The notes beneath the pieces were generated by a model that was not told where the DNA came from, did no database searches, and worked only from the letters and a program-made list of their open reading frames with translations. 64,000 nt of DNA from Myxococcota bacterium (GTDB lineage: Bacteria > Myxococcota_A > UBA9160 > PR03). A program made the translations under genes and the position numbers. Location of the stretch: NCBI GenBank assembly GCA_035506135.1, contig DATJPY010000014.1, forward strand, positions 23,472 through 87,471, written 5' to 3'. This document shows, piece after piece, positions 12,682 to 22,370 of the stretch. Within the stretch, counting starts at the first letter, position 1. The number at the start of each line of letters is the position of its first letter.

Positions 12682-13091
12682 CAGACCCTCCTCTCGAGGA
12701 CCAGCCGGACGAAATCGCCCTCGGTGAGGATCCCGACCAGCTTGCCGCGCTCGACCACGGGGAGGCAGCCGATCTTGCGCTCGAGCATCACGCGCGCCGC
12801 GTCGGAGAGCGGGGTCTCGGGCGTCGTGGTGATCGGATCGGTGGTCATCACCTCCTCCACGGTCAGGTGCGTCAGCAGCTTCTGCTTCGCGTGCGCGCCG
12901 TAGCCGATGGCCCGGGCCAGCGCTCCGTGGAACAGGTCGCGCTGGCTCAAGATGCCGACCACCCGATCGCCGTCGCCGAGGACCGGGGTGTGGCGGATGC
13001 GCCCGAGGCTCATCAAGTCGTCGGCGATCACCAGCTTGTCGCCCCTTCGGACCGTGGCCACCTCGGGGCTCATGACGTCCCGGACCTGCAT
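12681..13091 (-). CDS. CBS domain-containing protein
   Basis: 136 aa comprising two CBS repeats (VRDVMSPEVATV ... HTPVL; VEEVMTTDPITT ... GCLPVVERGKLVGILTEGD). The stop overlaps the next start (TGATG on the minus strand). Confidence 0.9.
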   Translation of the reverse strand: MQVRDVMSPEVATVRRGDKLVIADDLMSLGRIRHTPVLGDGDRVVGILSQRDLFHGALARAIGYGAHAKQKLLTHLTVEEVMTTDPITTTPETPLSDAARVMLERKIGCLPVVERGKLVGILTEGDFVRLVLERRV

Positions 13092-13189
13092 CGCTCCTCC
13101 CGTCGCGCCCGGGAGAAGCTTCGCAGACGGCCGGCGCCCTGTCAGCGCGGACTTGTCCGCGCCGGCGGCGGGAGGGATACTCGCGTGCG

Positions 13190-14098
13190 ATGAGCCGCTT
13201 CCAGACCCTCCTCCTGCCGATCGACTTCTCCTCGCACGCCGCCTCCGCCCTCGAGATGGCGATCGCGCTCGCGCGAGACGCGCGCGCGACGGTCCATCTC
13301 TACCACGCCTACGAGATCCCGCTCGGCACGATCCCTCCCTACGGCGTGGCCATCCCGGAGCCGATGCTGGCGGAGGTGCGCGACGCGGCCTCGCGCCGGC
13401 TCGAGAAGGCCGCGCAGCAGCTGCGGCAGGCGGGCGTCGCGAGCGAGACGCACATCGAGCACGCGCCGCCCGTCGACGGGATCAGCGACGCGGCGCGCGA
13501 GCTGCGGGCCGACCTGATCGTGATGGGCACGCGCGGGCTCACCGGCCTGAAGCACGTGCTGCTCGGCAGCGTCGCCGAGCGCACGGTGCGGACGGCACCG
13601 TGTCCGGTGCTCACCGTGCGCGCCGCCGACGAGGGCGCCGCGGGCGCGGGGCCGGCGGGTCGCTTCCGGACGATCCTCGTGCCCCTCGACTTCTCGACGC
13701 ACGCGGACGCGGCGCTCGACCTGGCGATCGAGCTCGCGAAGGAGCACCACGGCGAGCTCCACCTGCTGCACGCCTACGAGCTGCCCGCGGCGGTGACGCT
13801 CGCCTATGGCGTCGCGATCCCGCAGTCGATGTGGGATGGCGTGCAGCAGGCGGCGCAGGCGCGGCTCGAGAAGGCCCTCGGGCGCGTCCGGTCGGCGAAG
13901 GTCGCCGGCGTCGCGCATCTCGTCACCGGCCCCGCGGCCGACGCGATCGTCGAAACGGCGGCCGAGCAGAAGGCCGATCTGATCGTGATGGCGACACGCG
14001 GTCTCACCGGCCTGAAGCACGTGCTGCTCGGGAGCGTCGCCGAGCGCACGCTCCGCACCGCCCCCTGCCCCGTCCTCACGCTCCGCGCCGACGGCTGA
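13190..14098 (+). CDS. universal stress protein, tandem UspA domains
   Basis: 302 aa with two Usp repeats, each ending LIVMGTRGLTGLKHVLLGSVAERT.RTAPCPVLT.RA. Confidence 0.92.
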   Translation: MSRFQTLLLPIDFSSHAASALEMAIALARDARATVHLYHAYEIPLGTIPPYGVAIPEPMLAEVRDAASRRLEKAAQQLRQAGVASETHIEHAPPVDGISDAARELRADLIVMGTRGLTGLKHVLLGSVAERTVRTAPCPVLTVRAADEGAAGAGPAGRFRTILVPLDFSTHADAALDLAIELAKEHHGELHLLHAYELPAAVTLAYGVAIPQSMWDGVQQAAQARLEKALGRVRSAKVAGVAHLVTGPAADAIVETAAEQKADLIVMATRGLTGLKHVLLGSVAERTLRTAPCPVLTLRADG

Positions 14099-14109
14099 CC
14101 CTCGACGCC

Positions 14110-14964
14110 TCAGCGCTGGATCAGCTTGCGGTACGCCTTCAGGTGTCGGATCGCCGCGCTCGGGTCGCCGAGGCGGTCGTGGACGCGCGCCAGGTTGTAG
14201 TGCGCGTCGGCGCAGTCGGGCGCGGCGCCGAGCGCCTGCTCGTACGCCTCGCGCGCCTCGCCGTAGCGGCCGAGGTCCTCGAGCGCGACGCCGAGATCGA
14301 AGGCGGCGGTCGCATCGTCCGGTCGCACCGCGAGGGCGGCGCGGTAGTGGCGCTCGGCCTCGCGCAGCCGGCCCGCCTCGTGCTCGAGACAGCCGAGATT
14401 GACGTGGGCGGCTGCGTGCTTCGGATCGATCTCGAGCGCGCGCTCGTAGGCCGCGCGCGCCTCGGCGGGGTCGCCCTCCTCGATCTCGCAGCCGAGCGCG
14501 TACCAGCCCTCGGCGCTGGGGGTCAGCTCGACGGCAGGCTCGCCCGCCTCACCGGCGCCCGCGGGCGAGAGCGGGACCGGCTCCGCACCGGGCCGCCAGG
14601 CCTCGAAGTCGAACCAGTACTGCCCCGACTCCGGGCTCCAGATGCGATCGCGCTCGCGCACCACGACCTGGCTCCCCTCGGCGGCGAGCCGGACGCCGGA
14701 GAGCGGGCTCCCGTCCGGGAGCTGCTGGCGGAGCCGGCGCAGCGCCTGCGTCACGCGCCGCGGCGGCACCCGGCTGGTCGCGAGCCCCTTCACGACGCGC
14801 AGGAAGACGAGGTCCTGGAACGAGAAGCGAAGGGCGCCGTCCGGGCCGCGCTCGGGCTCGATCACCCCGGCCCGGACGTAGCTGCGGAGCTGCGCGAGCG
14901 AGAGGCCGAGCAGACCCGCGACCTGCTCGGCGCCGTACGACGTCGCGTCGCCCGTGCCAGACAT
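14110..14964 (-). CDS. MerR-type HTH plus TPR repeat protein
   Basis: 284 aa. The N-terminal MerR-like HTH reads YGAEQVAGLLGLSLAQLRSYVRAGVIEP. The C-terminal TPR repeats include AYERALEIDPKHAAAHVNLG and AYEQALGAAPDCADAHYNLA. Confidence 0.8.
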   Translation of the reverse strand: MSGTGDATSYGAEQVAGLLGLSLAQLRSYVRAGVIEPERGPDGALRFSFQDLVFLRVVKGLATSRVPPRRVTQALRRLRQQLPDGSPLSGVRLAAEGSQVVVRERDRIWSPESGQYWFDFEAWRPGAEPVPLSPAGAGEAGEPAVELTPSAEGWYALGCEIEEGDPAEARAAYERALEIDPKHAAAHVNLGCLEHEAGRLREAERHYRAALAVRPDDATAAFDLGVALEDLGRYGEAREAYEQALGAAPDCADAHYNLARVHDRLGDPSAAIRHLKAYRKLIQR

Positions 14965-15009
14965 GGGATGCCGGGAGGTTGAGGCGCGGCAGGGCCCCCG
15001 CGCAAGGGG

Positions 15010-15861
15010 TCAGCGCTTGGCTCTGCCCCGTGCCTTGCCGGCCTCGCCCGACGCGGCGCGCTTCGGGCCCTTGCGCCCGGCACCGGCGGCCGGCGCGGCA
15101 AGGCTCGCGCGCAGCGCGTCCATCAGGTCGATGATCTTCGCCTCCGGCGCGGCGGCGGGCTCCACCGCGATCGACTCGGCCCCCTCCACCTTGCGGCGGA
15201 TGGCGTCCTCGACGCGCTGCTTCACGGCGTCGTCGTAGCGCTCCGGGTGGAAGTCGTCGCTCTCGATCTGCTGGACGAGCTGCACCGCGAGGTCGAGCTC
15301 GGCGGGCTTCACGGCGGCCTTCCCGCGCTCGACCTCGTCGAACGACTTGACCTCGTCTGCGTAGCGGAGCTGCTGCATCACCAGCCCGTCCTGGAACGGG
15401 CGGATCAGCACGAGGTACTGCTTCCCGCGCGCCGCCCAGCGTGCCAGGGCCGCGCGGCCGGTCTTCCGCATCGCCTCGGCGAGCAGGCGGTAGGGCTTGT
15501 CGCCGCCCTTGTCCGGGCCGAGGTAGTAGGCCTTCTCGTAGTAGAGCGGGTCGACGGACTCGAGCGGAAGGAACTCGCTGATCTCGATGGTCTCGGAGCC
15601 GGCCTCCTCGAGGGAGCGGAGCTCCTCGGGGCTGAAGGTGACGTACTGCCCCTTCTGGAACTCGTAGCCCTTGACCAGCTCCTCGCGCGGCGCCACGCGC
15701 TCGTCCCGCGGGCACCAGTACTGCTGCTTCACCCGGGAGCCGCAGCTGTGGAGCCAGTGGAAGGAGAGCGAGCCACCCGACTCCTGGGTCGTGAAGAGCT
15801 TCACCGGGATCGAGACGAGCCCGAAGGAGACGGCTGCGGTGCCGATCGCGCGCGCTGCCAT
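15010..15861 (-). CDS. ku: non-homologous end joining protein Ku
   Basis: 283 aa from ATG 15861 within track ORF 15010-16485. MAARAIGTAAVSFGLVSIPVKLFTT is the canonical bacterial Ku N-terminus, and the C-terminal tail is basic. Confidence 0.95.
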   Translation of the reverse strand: MAARAIGTAAVSFGLVSIPVKLFTTQESGGSLSFHWLHSCGSRVKQQYWCPRDERVAPREELVKGYEFQKGQYVTFSPEELRSLEEAGSETIEISEFLPLESVDPLYYEKAYYLGPDKGGDKPYRLLAEAMRKTGRAALARWAARGKQYLVLIRPFQDGLVMQQLRYADEVKSFDEVERGKAAVKPAELDLAVQLVQQIESDDFHPERYDDAVKQRVEDAIRRKVEGAESIAVEPAAAPEAKIIDLMDALRASLAAPAAGAGRKGPKRAASGEAGKARGRAKR

Positions 15862-15933
15862 GGATCTCTCTCCCCTGGGGATTGGAGCATGGGCGAGGTG
15901 CGAAGAGGCGTCAACCCGGACCACAATCGGCGC

Positions 15934-18525
15934 ATGGCAGACCGGGCTGGAGCGGGTCGAGGGGGCCTCGGGGCCTACCGGGCGAAGCGCTCCGCCGAGC
16001 GCACGCCCGAGCCGTTCGGTTCCGGCGGGCACGGCTCTGGCTCCGGCGGCGCTCGCCCCCGCCTCTTCGTCGTCCAGCAGCACGGGGCGCGGCGCCTCCA
16101 CTTCGACTTCCGGCTCGAGTGGAACGGCGTGCTGCTGTCGTGGGCGGTTCCGAAGGGGCCCTCGCTCGATCCGGCCGAGAAGCGCCTCGCGGTGCGCGTC
16201 GAGGACCACCCGGTCGACTACGCCGACTTCGAGGGCGTGATCCCCGAAGGCAACTACGGCGCCGGCGCGGTCATCGTCTGGGACACGGGCCGCTGGATCC
16301 CGGTGGAGGACCCCGAGCGCGGGCTCGAGAGCGGGAAGCTCCTCTTCGACCTCGCCGGCTACAAGCTTCGCGGCCGCTTCACGCTGGTGCGCACCGGCGG
16401 CCGCCGCGCCGCCAGGTCGGGCAAGGAGTGGCTGCTCATCAAGAAGGCCGATGGCTTCGCCGCTTCCGGCGCCCTCGACGCGCACTCGGTGCTCTCGGGG
16501 CTCACGCTGGACGAGCTCGCCGATGGCCCGCGGCGCGAGGCCGCGCTCGCGCGCGCCGCGGGACGCCTAGGGGCGACACGCCGGCGCGTCGACGTGGTAG
16601 CGGTGAAGCCCATGCTGGCGCAGGCCACCGAGAAGCCCTTCTCGGCGGACGGCTGGCTCTTCGAGGTGAAGTACGACGGCTACCGCGCGATCGCGGCGCG
16701 CGAGCCCGCTACGGACGGCGGGCGCGCCCGGGCGCAGCTCCGCTACCGGAGCGGACGCGATGCGACGGCGCTCTGGCCGGAGCTCGCGGGTGCCGTCGCG
16801 GCGCTGCCCTACTCGCGCATCGTGCTCGACGGAGAGCTGGTGGTGCTCGACGGCGAGGGCCGCCCGAGCTTCCAGCGGCTCCAGAAGCGCGCACAGGCCA
16901 GCACGCCGGCCGAGGCACGGCGCGCCGCGGTCGAGTCGCCCGCGACGTACTTCGCCTTCGACCTCCTTGCGCTCGGCGATCTCGACCTCCGCCCGCTCCC
17001 GCTCGTCGAGCGCAAGCGGCTCCTCGAACGCGCGCTTCCCGGCCGCGGGCCGCTGCGGGTGGCGCCCCACTTCGCCGCGCGCGGTGAGGTCGTCTTCGCC
17101 GAGATCGAGCGCCTCGGCCTCGAGGGGATGGTGGCCAAGCGCGCCGACGCGCCGTACCGGGCCGGCCGCTCGCCGGCCTGGCGCAAGATCCGCATCCGCC
17201 CGACGCACGACTTCGCGATCGTCGGCATGAGCGCGCCGCGCGGGTCGCGCGCCGGGTTCGGTGCGCTGCACCTGGCGGCGCGCAGCGGATCGACACTGCG
17301 CTATGTCGGCCGGGTCGGGAGCGGCTTCTCCGACGCGCAGCTCGCCGCGCTGCACCGCGCGCTCGAGCCGCTGCGCCGCGCCACGCCCGCCTGCGAGGGC
17401 GCGCCGAAGAGCGCGCGCGGCGACGTCTGGGTCGAGCCGCGCCTCGTGTGCGAGGTTCGCTATGCGGAGGTCACCGCCGACGGCAGCCTGCGCCAGCCCG
17501 TGTTCGTGCGCCTGCGCGAGGACAAGAAGCCCGAGGAGATCGATCCGCCGCCGGCCCTCGCCGGCGCCGCGGAGGAGCCGCCCATGGCACCTGCGGAGAA
17601 GAAGAATCCCGAGCCCGAACGGTCGGTTGCCTTCACGAACCTCGACAAGATCTTCTGGCCCGAGTCGGGCTACACGAAGGGCGACCTGATCGAGTACTAC
17701 CGCGGCATCGCGCCGTGGCTCCTGCCCTATCTGCGCGATCGCCCGCTGGTGATGACCCGCTATCCGGACGGGATCGCCGGCAAATCGTTCTTCCAGAAGG
17801 ACGCGCCGCGCTGGGCACCCTCGTGGCTCCGCACCGAGACGCTCTGGAGCGAGCACGGCGGGCGCGAGATCCACTACTTCGTGTGCGACGACGTCGAGTC
17901 GCTGCTCTACGTCGCGAACATGGGCACCATCCCGCTGCACGTCTGGTCGAGCCGCATCGCGAGCCTGCAGCGGCCGGACTGGTCGATCCTCGACCTCGAC
18001 CCGAAGGGGGCGCCGTTCGCGCACGTCGTCGAGATCGCGCGCGCGCTGCGGGCGATCGGCGAGGAGATCGGGCTGCCGACCTTCGTGAAGACCAGCGGCT
18101 CGGCCGGGCTCCACGTGCTCGTGCCGCTCGGCGGCCGGCTCACCTTCGAGCAGTCGCGCACGCTCGCCGAGCTGCTCGCGCACGCCGCCGTCGAGCGCCT
18201 GCCGGAGATCGCCACGATGGCGCGTCCGCTGCGCGCGCGCGGCGGCCGCGTCTACGTCGACACCGGACAGAACGGCCACGGGAAGCTCCTCGCCGCGCCC
18301 TTCTCCGCACGGCCCCTCCCCGGCGCGCCGGTCTCGATGCCGCTGCGCTGGAGCGAGGTCGGCGGGCGCCTCGATCCCGCTCGCTTCACGATCCGCAGCG
18401 CGGCAGGGCGCATGCGGCGGCTCGGCGCGGACCCGCTGCGCCCGGTGCTCGACGCGGCGCCCGACCTCGTCGCGGCGCTCGAGCGGCTCTCGGGGGCGGT
18501 GAAGCGCGATGCGAAGAAGCACTGA
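15934..18525 (+). CDS. ligD: ATP-dependent DNA ligase LigD (phosphoesterase-ligase-polymerase)
   Basis: Distal part of track ORF 15247-18525, divergent from ku. PE domain: YRAKRSAERTPEP and HFDFRLEWNGVLLSWAVPKGP. Ligase motif I: FEVKYDGYR. Pol domain: FTNLDKIFWPESGYTKGDLIEYY. ATG 15889 is an alternative start. Confidence 0.93.
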   Translation: MADRAGAGRGGLGAYRAKRSAERTPEPFGSGGHGSGSGGARPRLFVVQQHGARRLHFDFRLEWNGVLLSWAVPKGPSLDPAEKRLAVRVEDHPVDYADFEGVIPEGNYGAGAVIVWDTGRWIPVEDPERGLESGKLLFDLAGYKLRGRFTLVRTGGRRAARSGKEWLLIKKADGFAASGALDAHSVLSGLTLDELADGPRREAALARAAGRLGATRRRVDVVAVKPMLAQATEKPFSADGWLFEVKYDGYRAIAAREPATDGGRARAQLRYRSGRDATALWPELAGAVAALPYSRIVLDGELVVLDGEGRPSFQRLQKRAQASTPAEARRAAVESPATYFAFDLLALGDLDLRPLPLVERKRLLERALPGRGPLRVAPHFAARGEVVFAEIERLGLEGMVAKRADAPYRAGRSPAWRKIRIRPTHDFAIVGMSAPRGSRAGFGALHLAARSGSTLRYVGRVGSGFSDAQLAALHRALEPLRRATPACEGAPKSARGDVWVEPRLVCEVRYAEVTADGSLRQPVFVRLREDKKPEEIDPPPALAGAAEEPPMAPAEKKNPEPERSVAFTNLDKIFWPESGYTKGDLIEYYRGIAPWLLPYLRDRPLVMTRYPDGIAGKSFFQKDAPRWAPSWLRTETLWSEHGGREIHYFVCDDVESLLYVANMGTIPLHVWSSRIASLQRPDWSILDLDPKGAPFAHVVEIARALRAIGEEIGLPTFVKTSGSAGLHVLVPLGGRLTFEQSRTLAELLAHAAVERLPEIATMARPLRARGGRVYVDTGQNGHGKLLAAPFSARPLPGAPVSMPLRWSEVGGRLDPARFTIRSAAGRMRRLGADPLRPVLDAAPDLVAALERLSGAVKRDAKKH

Positions 18526-18748
18526 GCGCGCCTCCACCCGCCGCGCGACCCGAGTGGATGCTCGGCGCCCCAACGCAGGTGATCGACGCAGACACGCTGC
18601 CCTGGCGCTTCCTCTCCCGCTTCCAGCGCGGAGACGCGCCACCGCTTCCCGGCCTGGTGACGCTTCGATGACGACCGGCGTTGCCCCCCGTGCTCGGCGC
18701 CCGCAGCGAATTGCAAGATCCAGCTCCCATCCCTATCGTGACGCGCCA

Positions 18749-19198
18749 ATGCGACGGCTCGAGTCGAACGCACGCGTTCGTTCCGCCGGTTCTCTGCAAA
18801 GCGCGGTGGGGCTTCGCTCCCGCGCCTGGCTCGGCGTCGCCGCCCTCCTGCTCCAGCTCGCCCTTCCCTTCCTCCATTCTCTGGAGATCCGCCTCGCATC
18901 CGCCGAGGCGTCGCCCCTGGGCGCAGACGCGCACAGTCCGTCTCGCGCGCTCGACCCGACCCCTGGCGCGCGCGGGATCTCGGCCGTACCGGTCGCAGCG
19001 CACGACGAGCAGAACTGCCCGATCTGCGCCGCGCTCTCCCACGCTCACGCCGCGACCACGGATGCGGCTCGAGTCCCTGCGGCGTTCGAGTCTCGTCCGC
19101 TCGTCGTTTCGACCGAACGCAAGACCCCGCCGTTCCGGGACGTCGCGAGCCCTGACGCTCGCGCGCCTCCCTCCGCCTCGCGCATCGCCATCTCGTAG
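18749..19198 (+). CDS. small DUF2946-like Cys/His protein (paralog of 30994-31356)
   Basis: 149 aa from ATG 18749. It has an N-terminal hydrophobic segment (WLGVAALLLQLALPFL), a central AHDEQNCPICAALSHAH motif and a C-terminal ARAPP. It sits immediately upstream of a TonB-dependent receptor. Confidence 0.6.
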   Translation: MRRLESNARVRSAGSLQSAVGLRSRAWLGVAALLLQLALPFLHSLEIRLASAEASPLGADAHSPSRALDPTPGARGISAVPVAAHDEQNCPICAALSHAHAATTDAARVPAAFESRPLVVSTERKTPPFRDVASPDARAPPSASRIAIS

Positions 19199-19332
19199 TC
19201 GCGGTCCGCTCGAGACGCGTCGCGTGATGGCTGCCATGGGCCCGCGCCCATGAGCCTCCGCGATCCGCGCCTGAGGACCGCCTTCCAGGGACGATCTGAG
19301 GGGCGGCGCTTCGGCCGCCCGGAGTCGAGAAG

Positions 19333-21687
19333 ATGAGAGGCAGGAGGGGACTCTTCGCCCTGCTCTTCGCAGGGTGGTCGGCAGGCTTTGGCTTTTCGGG
19401 AATCGCGCTCGGCGACCCCGCGTCGCAGGGCTCCGTGGAGGGGCACGTCAAGGACGCCCTCGATCGGCCGCTCGCGGACGTGGCGCTGCGCCTCGAGGCG
19501 GCGGATGGGCACGTTGCCGGTCGCACCCAGACCGATGCGAACGGACGCTTCGCGTTCCACGGCGTCGACGCCGGGGTGTACTCCGTCGTCGGGGAGAAGA
19601 AGGACTTCGAGACCGCCACCGCCGTGGTAACCGTGAAGGCGGGCGAGGCGGCGCGATCGGAGCTGGTCCTCGCCTCGACGACGCCGCTCGACCTGAACGT
19701 CGTCGCTCAACGGCTCGACCAGCGCCGGGTGAACATCACGCCCGCGATCGGCGTGAGCCACTACGACATCACGCAGGACGCCATCCAGGACCAGGCCCAC
19801 GGCGACGATACGCCGTTCAATCAGGTCATCCTCCGTTCACCCGGGGTCGCCAACGACTCGTACGGTCAGCTGCACGTCCGCGGCGAGCACGCGAACCTCC
19901 AGTACCGCATCAACGGCATCCTGCTGCCGGGCGGCCTCACCGGCTTCGCCTCCACGCTCGACACCCGGATGGTGAGCAACGCGTCGCTTTTGACCGGCGC
20001 GCTTCCCGCGCAGTACGGCTACCGCACCGCAGGCGTCGTCGACATCCAGACGCAGGAGGGTACGCTCCAGCCCGAGGCGAGCCTCGGGATCTACGGCGGC
20101 AGCGACAGCTGGGTCCAGCCGCACTTCGAAGCGAGTGGCTCCTCGGGAATCTTCAACTACTTCGTCACCGGCGATTACATCCAGAACGATCGAGGTGTCG
20201 AGCCGCCGACTCCCAACGCCATCCACGACTACACACGGCAGGGAAAGGTCTTCGGACTCTTCTCCGCAGTACCCGACCCGTCGACGCGCGTGAGCCTCGC
20301 CGTGAGCGGCGCCATCGGCCACTTCGAGATTCCCAACAACCCGGGCCAGCCCACGGCCTTCTCCCTCGCCGGAGTCGACAGCTTCAACTCGAAGGACGTG
20401 AACGAGACCCAGCAGGAGATCAATCCGTGGGGGATCCTGGCGCTGCAGAAGTCACTGGGGCCGCTCGATTTCCAGATCGCCGCATTCAGCCAGTACAACG
20501 ACATCCGCTTCAACCCGGACAACACGCCAGACCTCCTCTTCAACGGCGTCGCGTCTCGCACCGAACGGAGCGTTTTCGAGAACGGGATCGAGGGCGACGG
20601 CAGCTACCACCTGAACGAGTCGCACACGCTGCGGGGCGGCTTCTTCTTCAGCGGCAGCCGCGCCGACACCAACAACACCTCGCGCGTCTTCCCCACCGAC
20701 GCGGCCGGGAACCAGAGCAGCGACGTCCCGATCGTGGTCACGGACGACACCAACAAGACGGCCTTTCTCTACGGCGTCTATCTGCAGGACGAGTGGAAGC
20801 TGCTCCCGCAGCTCACCATCAACGGCGGCCTCCGCTTCGACTACTACGACGGCTTCGTGAAGGAGTACCAGGCGAGTCCGCGCATCAACCTGGTCTACCG
20901 GCCGACCGAGACGACGACGCTGCACGCCGGCTACTCGCGCTACTTCACGCCGCCGCCGCTCGAGCTTCTCGCCAAGGACGGCTGCGACAAGTTCGCGAAC
21001 ACGACCAATGCCTGCGCGATCGACACCGGGATCAAGCCGGTCAACGTCGAGCGCGCCCACTACTTCGGTGTCGGGATCGTCCAACAGATCCTTCCCGAGT
21101 GGCGGGTGGGGCTCGACGGCTACTACAAGATTGCCCACAACCAGCTCGACGACGGCCAGTTCGGCGCGGCCCTGGTGTTCTCCCCCTTCAACTACGACAA
21201 GGGCTCGATCAAGGGCGTCGAGCTCACCTCCACCTACCAGCGCGGGAACTTCTCTGCCTACACCAACGCAGCCCTGTCGTACGCCCAGGGGCGGAAGATT
21301 ACGACCGCCCAGTTCCTGTTCGAGCCGGATGAATTCGAATACATCAGTCACCACTACGTCTGGCTGGACCACGACCAGCGCTGGAGCAGCACCGCGGGGG
21401 TCTCCTACGTCCTCTGGGGGACGCGGTTCTACGCCGAGAACATCTTCGGCAGCGGACTGCGCCAGGGCTTCGCGAACACGATGAAGATGCCCGTCTCCAA
21501 CCAGGTGAACCTCGGCGCCTCGCGCGATTTCGTGCTTCCGACGCTGGGTCGGTTCACGGCGCGCTTCGACATCGTGAATCTGTTCGACAAGCACAACCAG
21601 ATCCGCTCGGGCGAGGGGATCGGCGTCTTCGCCGCGCAGCGGGGGCCCGAGCGCGGCTTCTTCGGCGGGTTGACCAAACACTTCTGA
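19333..21687 (+). CDS. TonB-dependent receptor with N-terminal carboxypeptidase-regulatory-like domain
   Basis: 784 aa with a signal peptide. Regulatory-like domain: GRTQTDANGRFAFHGVDAGVYSV. Plug: FNQVILRSPGV...QLHVRGEHANLQYRINGILLP. A long Tyr/Gly/Asn-rich barrel ends ...LTKHF. Confidence 0.92.
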   Translation: MRGRRGLFALLFAGWSAGFGFSGIALGDPASQGSVEGHVKDALDRPLADVALRLEAADGHVAGRTQTDANGRFAFHGVDAGVYSVVGEKKDFETATAVVTVKAGEAARSELVLASTTPLDLNVVAQRLDQRRVNITPAIGVSHYDITQDAIQDQAHGDDTPFNQVILRSPGVANDSYGQLHVRGEHANLQYRINGILLPGGLTGFASTLDTRMVSNASLLTGALPAQYGYRTAGVVDIQTQEGTLQPEASLGIYGGSDSWVQPHFEASGSSGIFNYFVTGDYIQNDRGVEPPTPNAIHDYTRQGKVFGLFSAVPDPSTRVSLAVSGAIGHFEIPNNPGQPTAFSLAGVDSFNSKDVNETQQEINPWGILALQKSLGPLDFQIAAFSQYNDIRFNPDNTPDLLFNGVASRTERSVFENGIEGDGSYHLNESHTLRGGFFFSGSRADTNNTSRVFPTDAAGNQSSDVPIVVTDDTNKTAFLYGVYLQDEWKLLPQLTINGGLRFDYYDGFVKEYQASPRINLVYRPTETTTLHAGYSRYFTPPPLELLAKDGCDKFANTTNACAIDTGIKPVNVERAHYFGVGIVQQILPEWRVGLDGYYKIAHNQLDDGQFGAALVFSPFNYDKGSIKGVELTSTYQRGNFSAYTNAALSYAQGRKITTAQFLFEPDEFEYISHHYVWLDHDQRWSSTAGVSYVLWGTRFYAENIFGSGLRQGFANTMKMPVSNQVNLGASRDFVLPTLGRFTARFDIVNLFDKHNQIRSGEGIGVFAAQRGPERGFFGGLTKHF

Positions 21688-21722
21688 CCGCGGAGGACCG
21701 CGGACACGGGAGCGGGAGACGC

Positions 21723-22370
21723 GTGCACGACCTGACCAACCTCTGGACCGCCCTGCAGGCGGGCGGCGCAGCGATCTATCCACTGCTCGGATTGGCCGTC
21801 GTCGCGGCGGTCGTCATCGTCGAGAAGGGCTTCGTCTACGCGACGAGGACCCACCTCTCGCCGAAGCTGGTCCGGACGATCGAGAGCGGCGCCTTCAAGT
21901 GGAGCGAGCTCGAGCAGCAGCTCGCCGACGTGAACCCCAGGCTCTACGCAGGCCGGTTCCTTCGCGTGCTGGTCCAGAGCCGGCGGCAGCCCGGATGGTG
22001 GGTGGAGTCGCGCGCGGGAGACGAGGCGAGCGTCATCGAGAAGGCGCTCGGGCGTTGGACCTGGGTGCTCGAGACGATCGTGACGGCGGCGCCGCTGCTC
22101 GGGCTGCTCGGCACCATCACCGGCATGATCCGCTCCTTCCGGCTCTTTGGCGATCAGGGACTCGTCGACCCGGCGGGTGTCACCGGAGGGGTCGCGGAGG
22201 CGCTGATCGCGACCGCGGTGGGGCTCTTCATCGCCCTCGCGGCGCTCTTCGCGTTCAACTTCTTCTCGCAGCGCCGCGCCCAGTTGATGGACGAGCTCGA
22301 GCGGCTCGGCACGCGGCTGGTCGACCGCATCCGGCTCGATCAGGAGGGCTTCTTCGATGAAGCTCCGTAG
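21723..22370 (+). CDS. exbB: MotA/TolQ/ExbB proton channel family protein
   Basis: 215 aa. APLLGLLGTITGMIRSF and GVAEALIATAVGLFIA motifs. Confidence 0.9.
   Translation: MHDLTNLWTALQAGGAAIYPLLGLAVVAAVVIVEKGFVYATRTHLSPKLVRTIESGAFKWSELEQQLADVNPRLYAGRFLRVLVQSRRQPGWWVESRAGDEASVIEKALGRWTWVLETIVTAAPLLGLLGTITGMIRSFRLFGDQGLVDPAGVTGGVAEALIATAVGLFIALAALFAFNFFSQRRAQLMDELERLGTRLVDRIRLDQEGFFDEAP

Noticed and set aside
15247-15933. N-terminal extension of the LigD track ORF
   Set aside because: It runs antisense through ku. LigD phosphoesterase-domain similarity starts just after ATG 15934.
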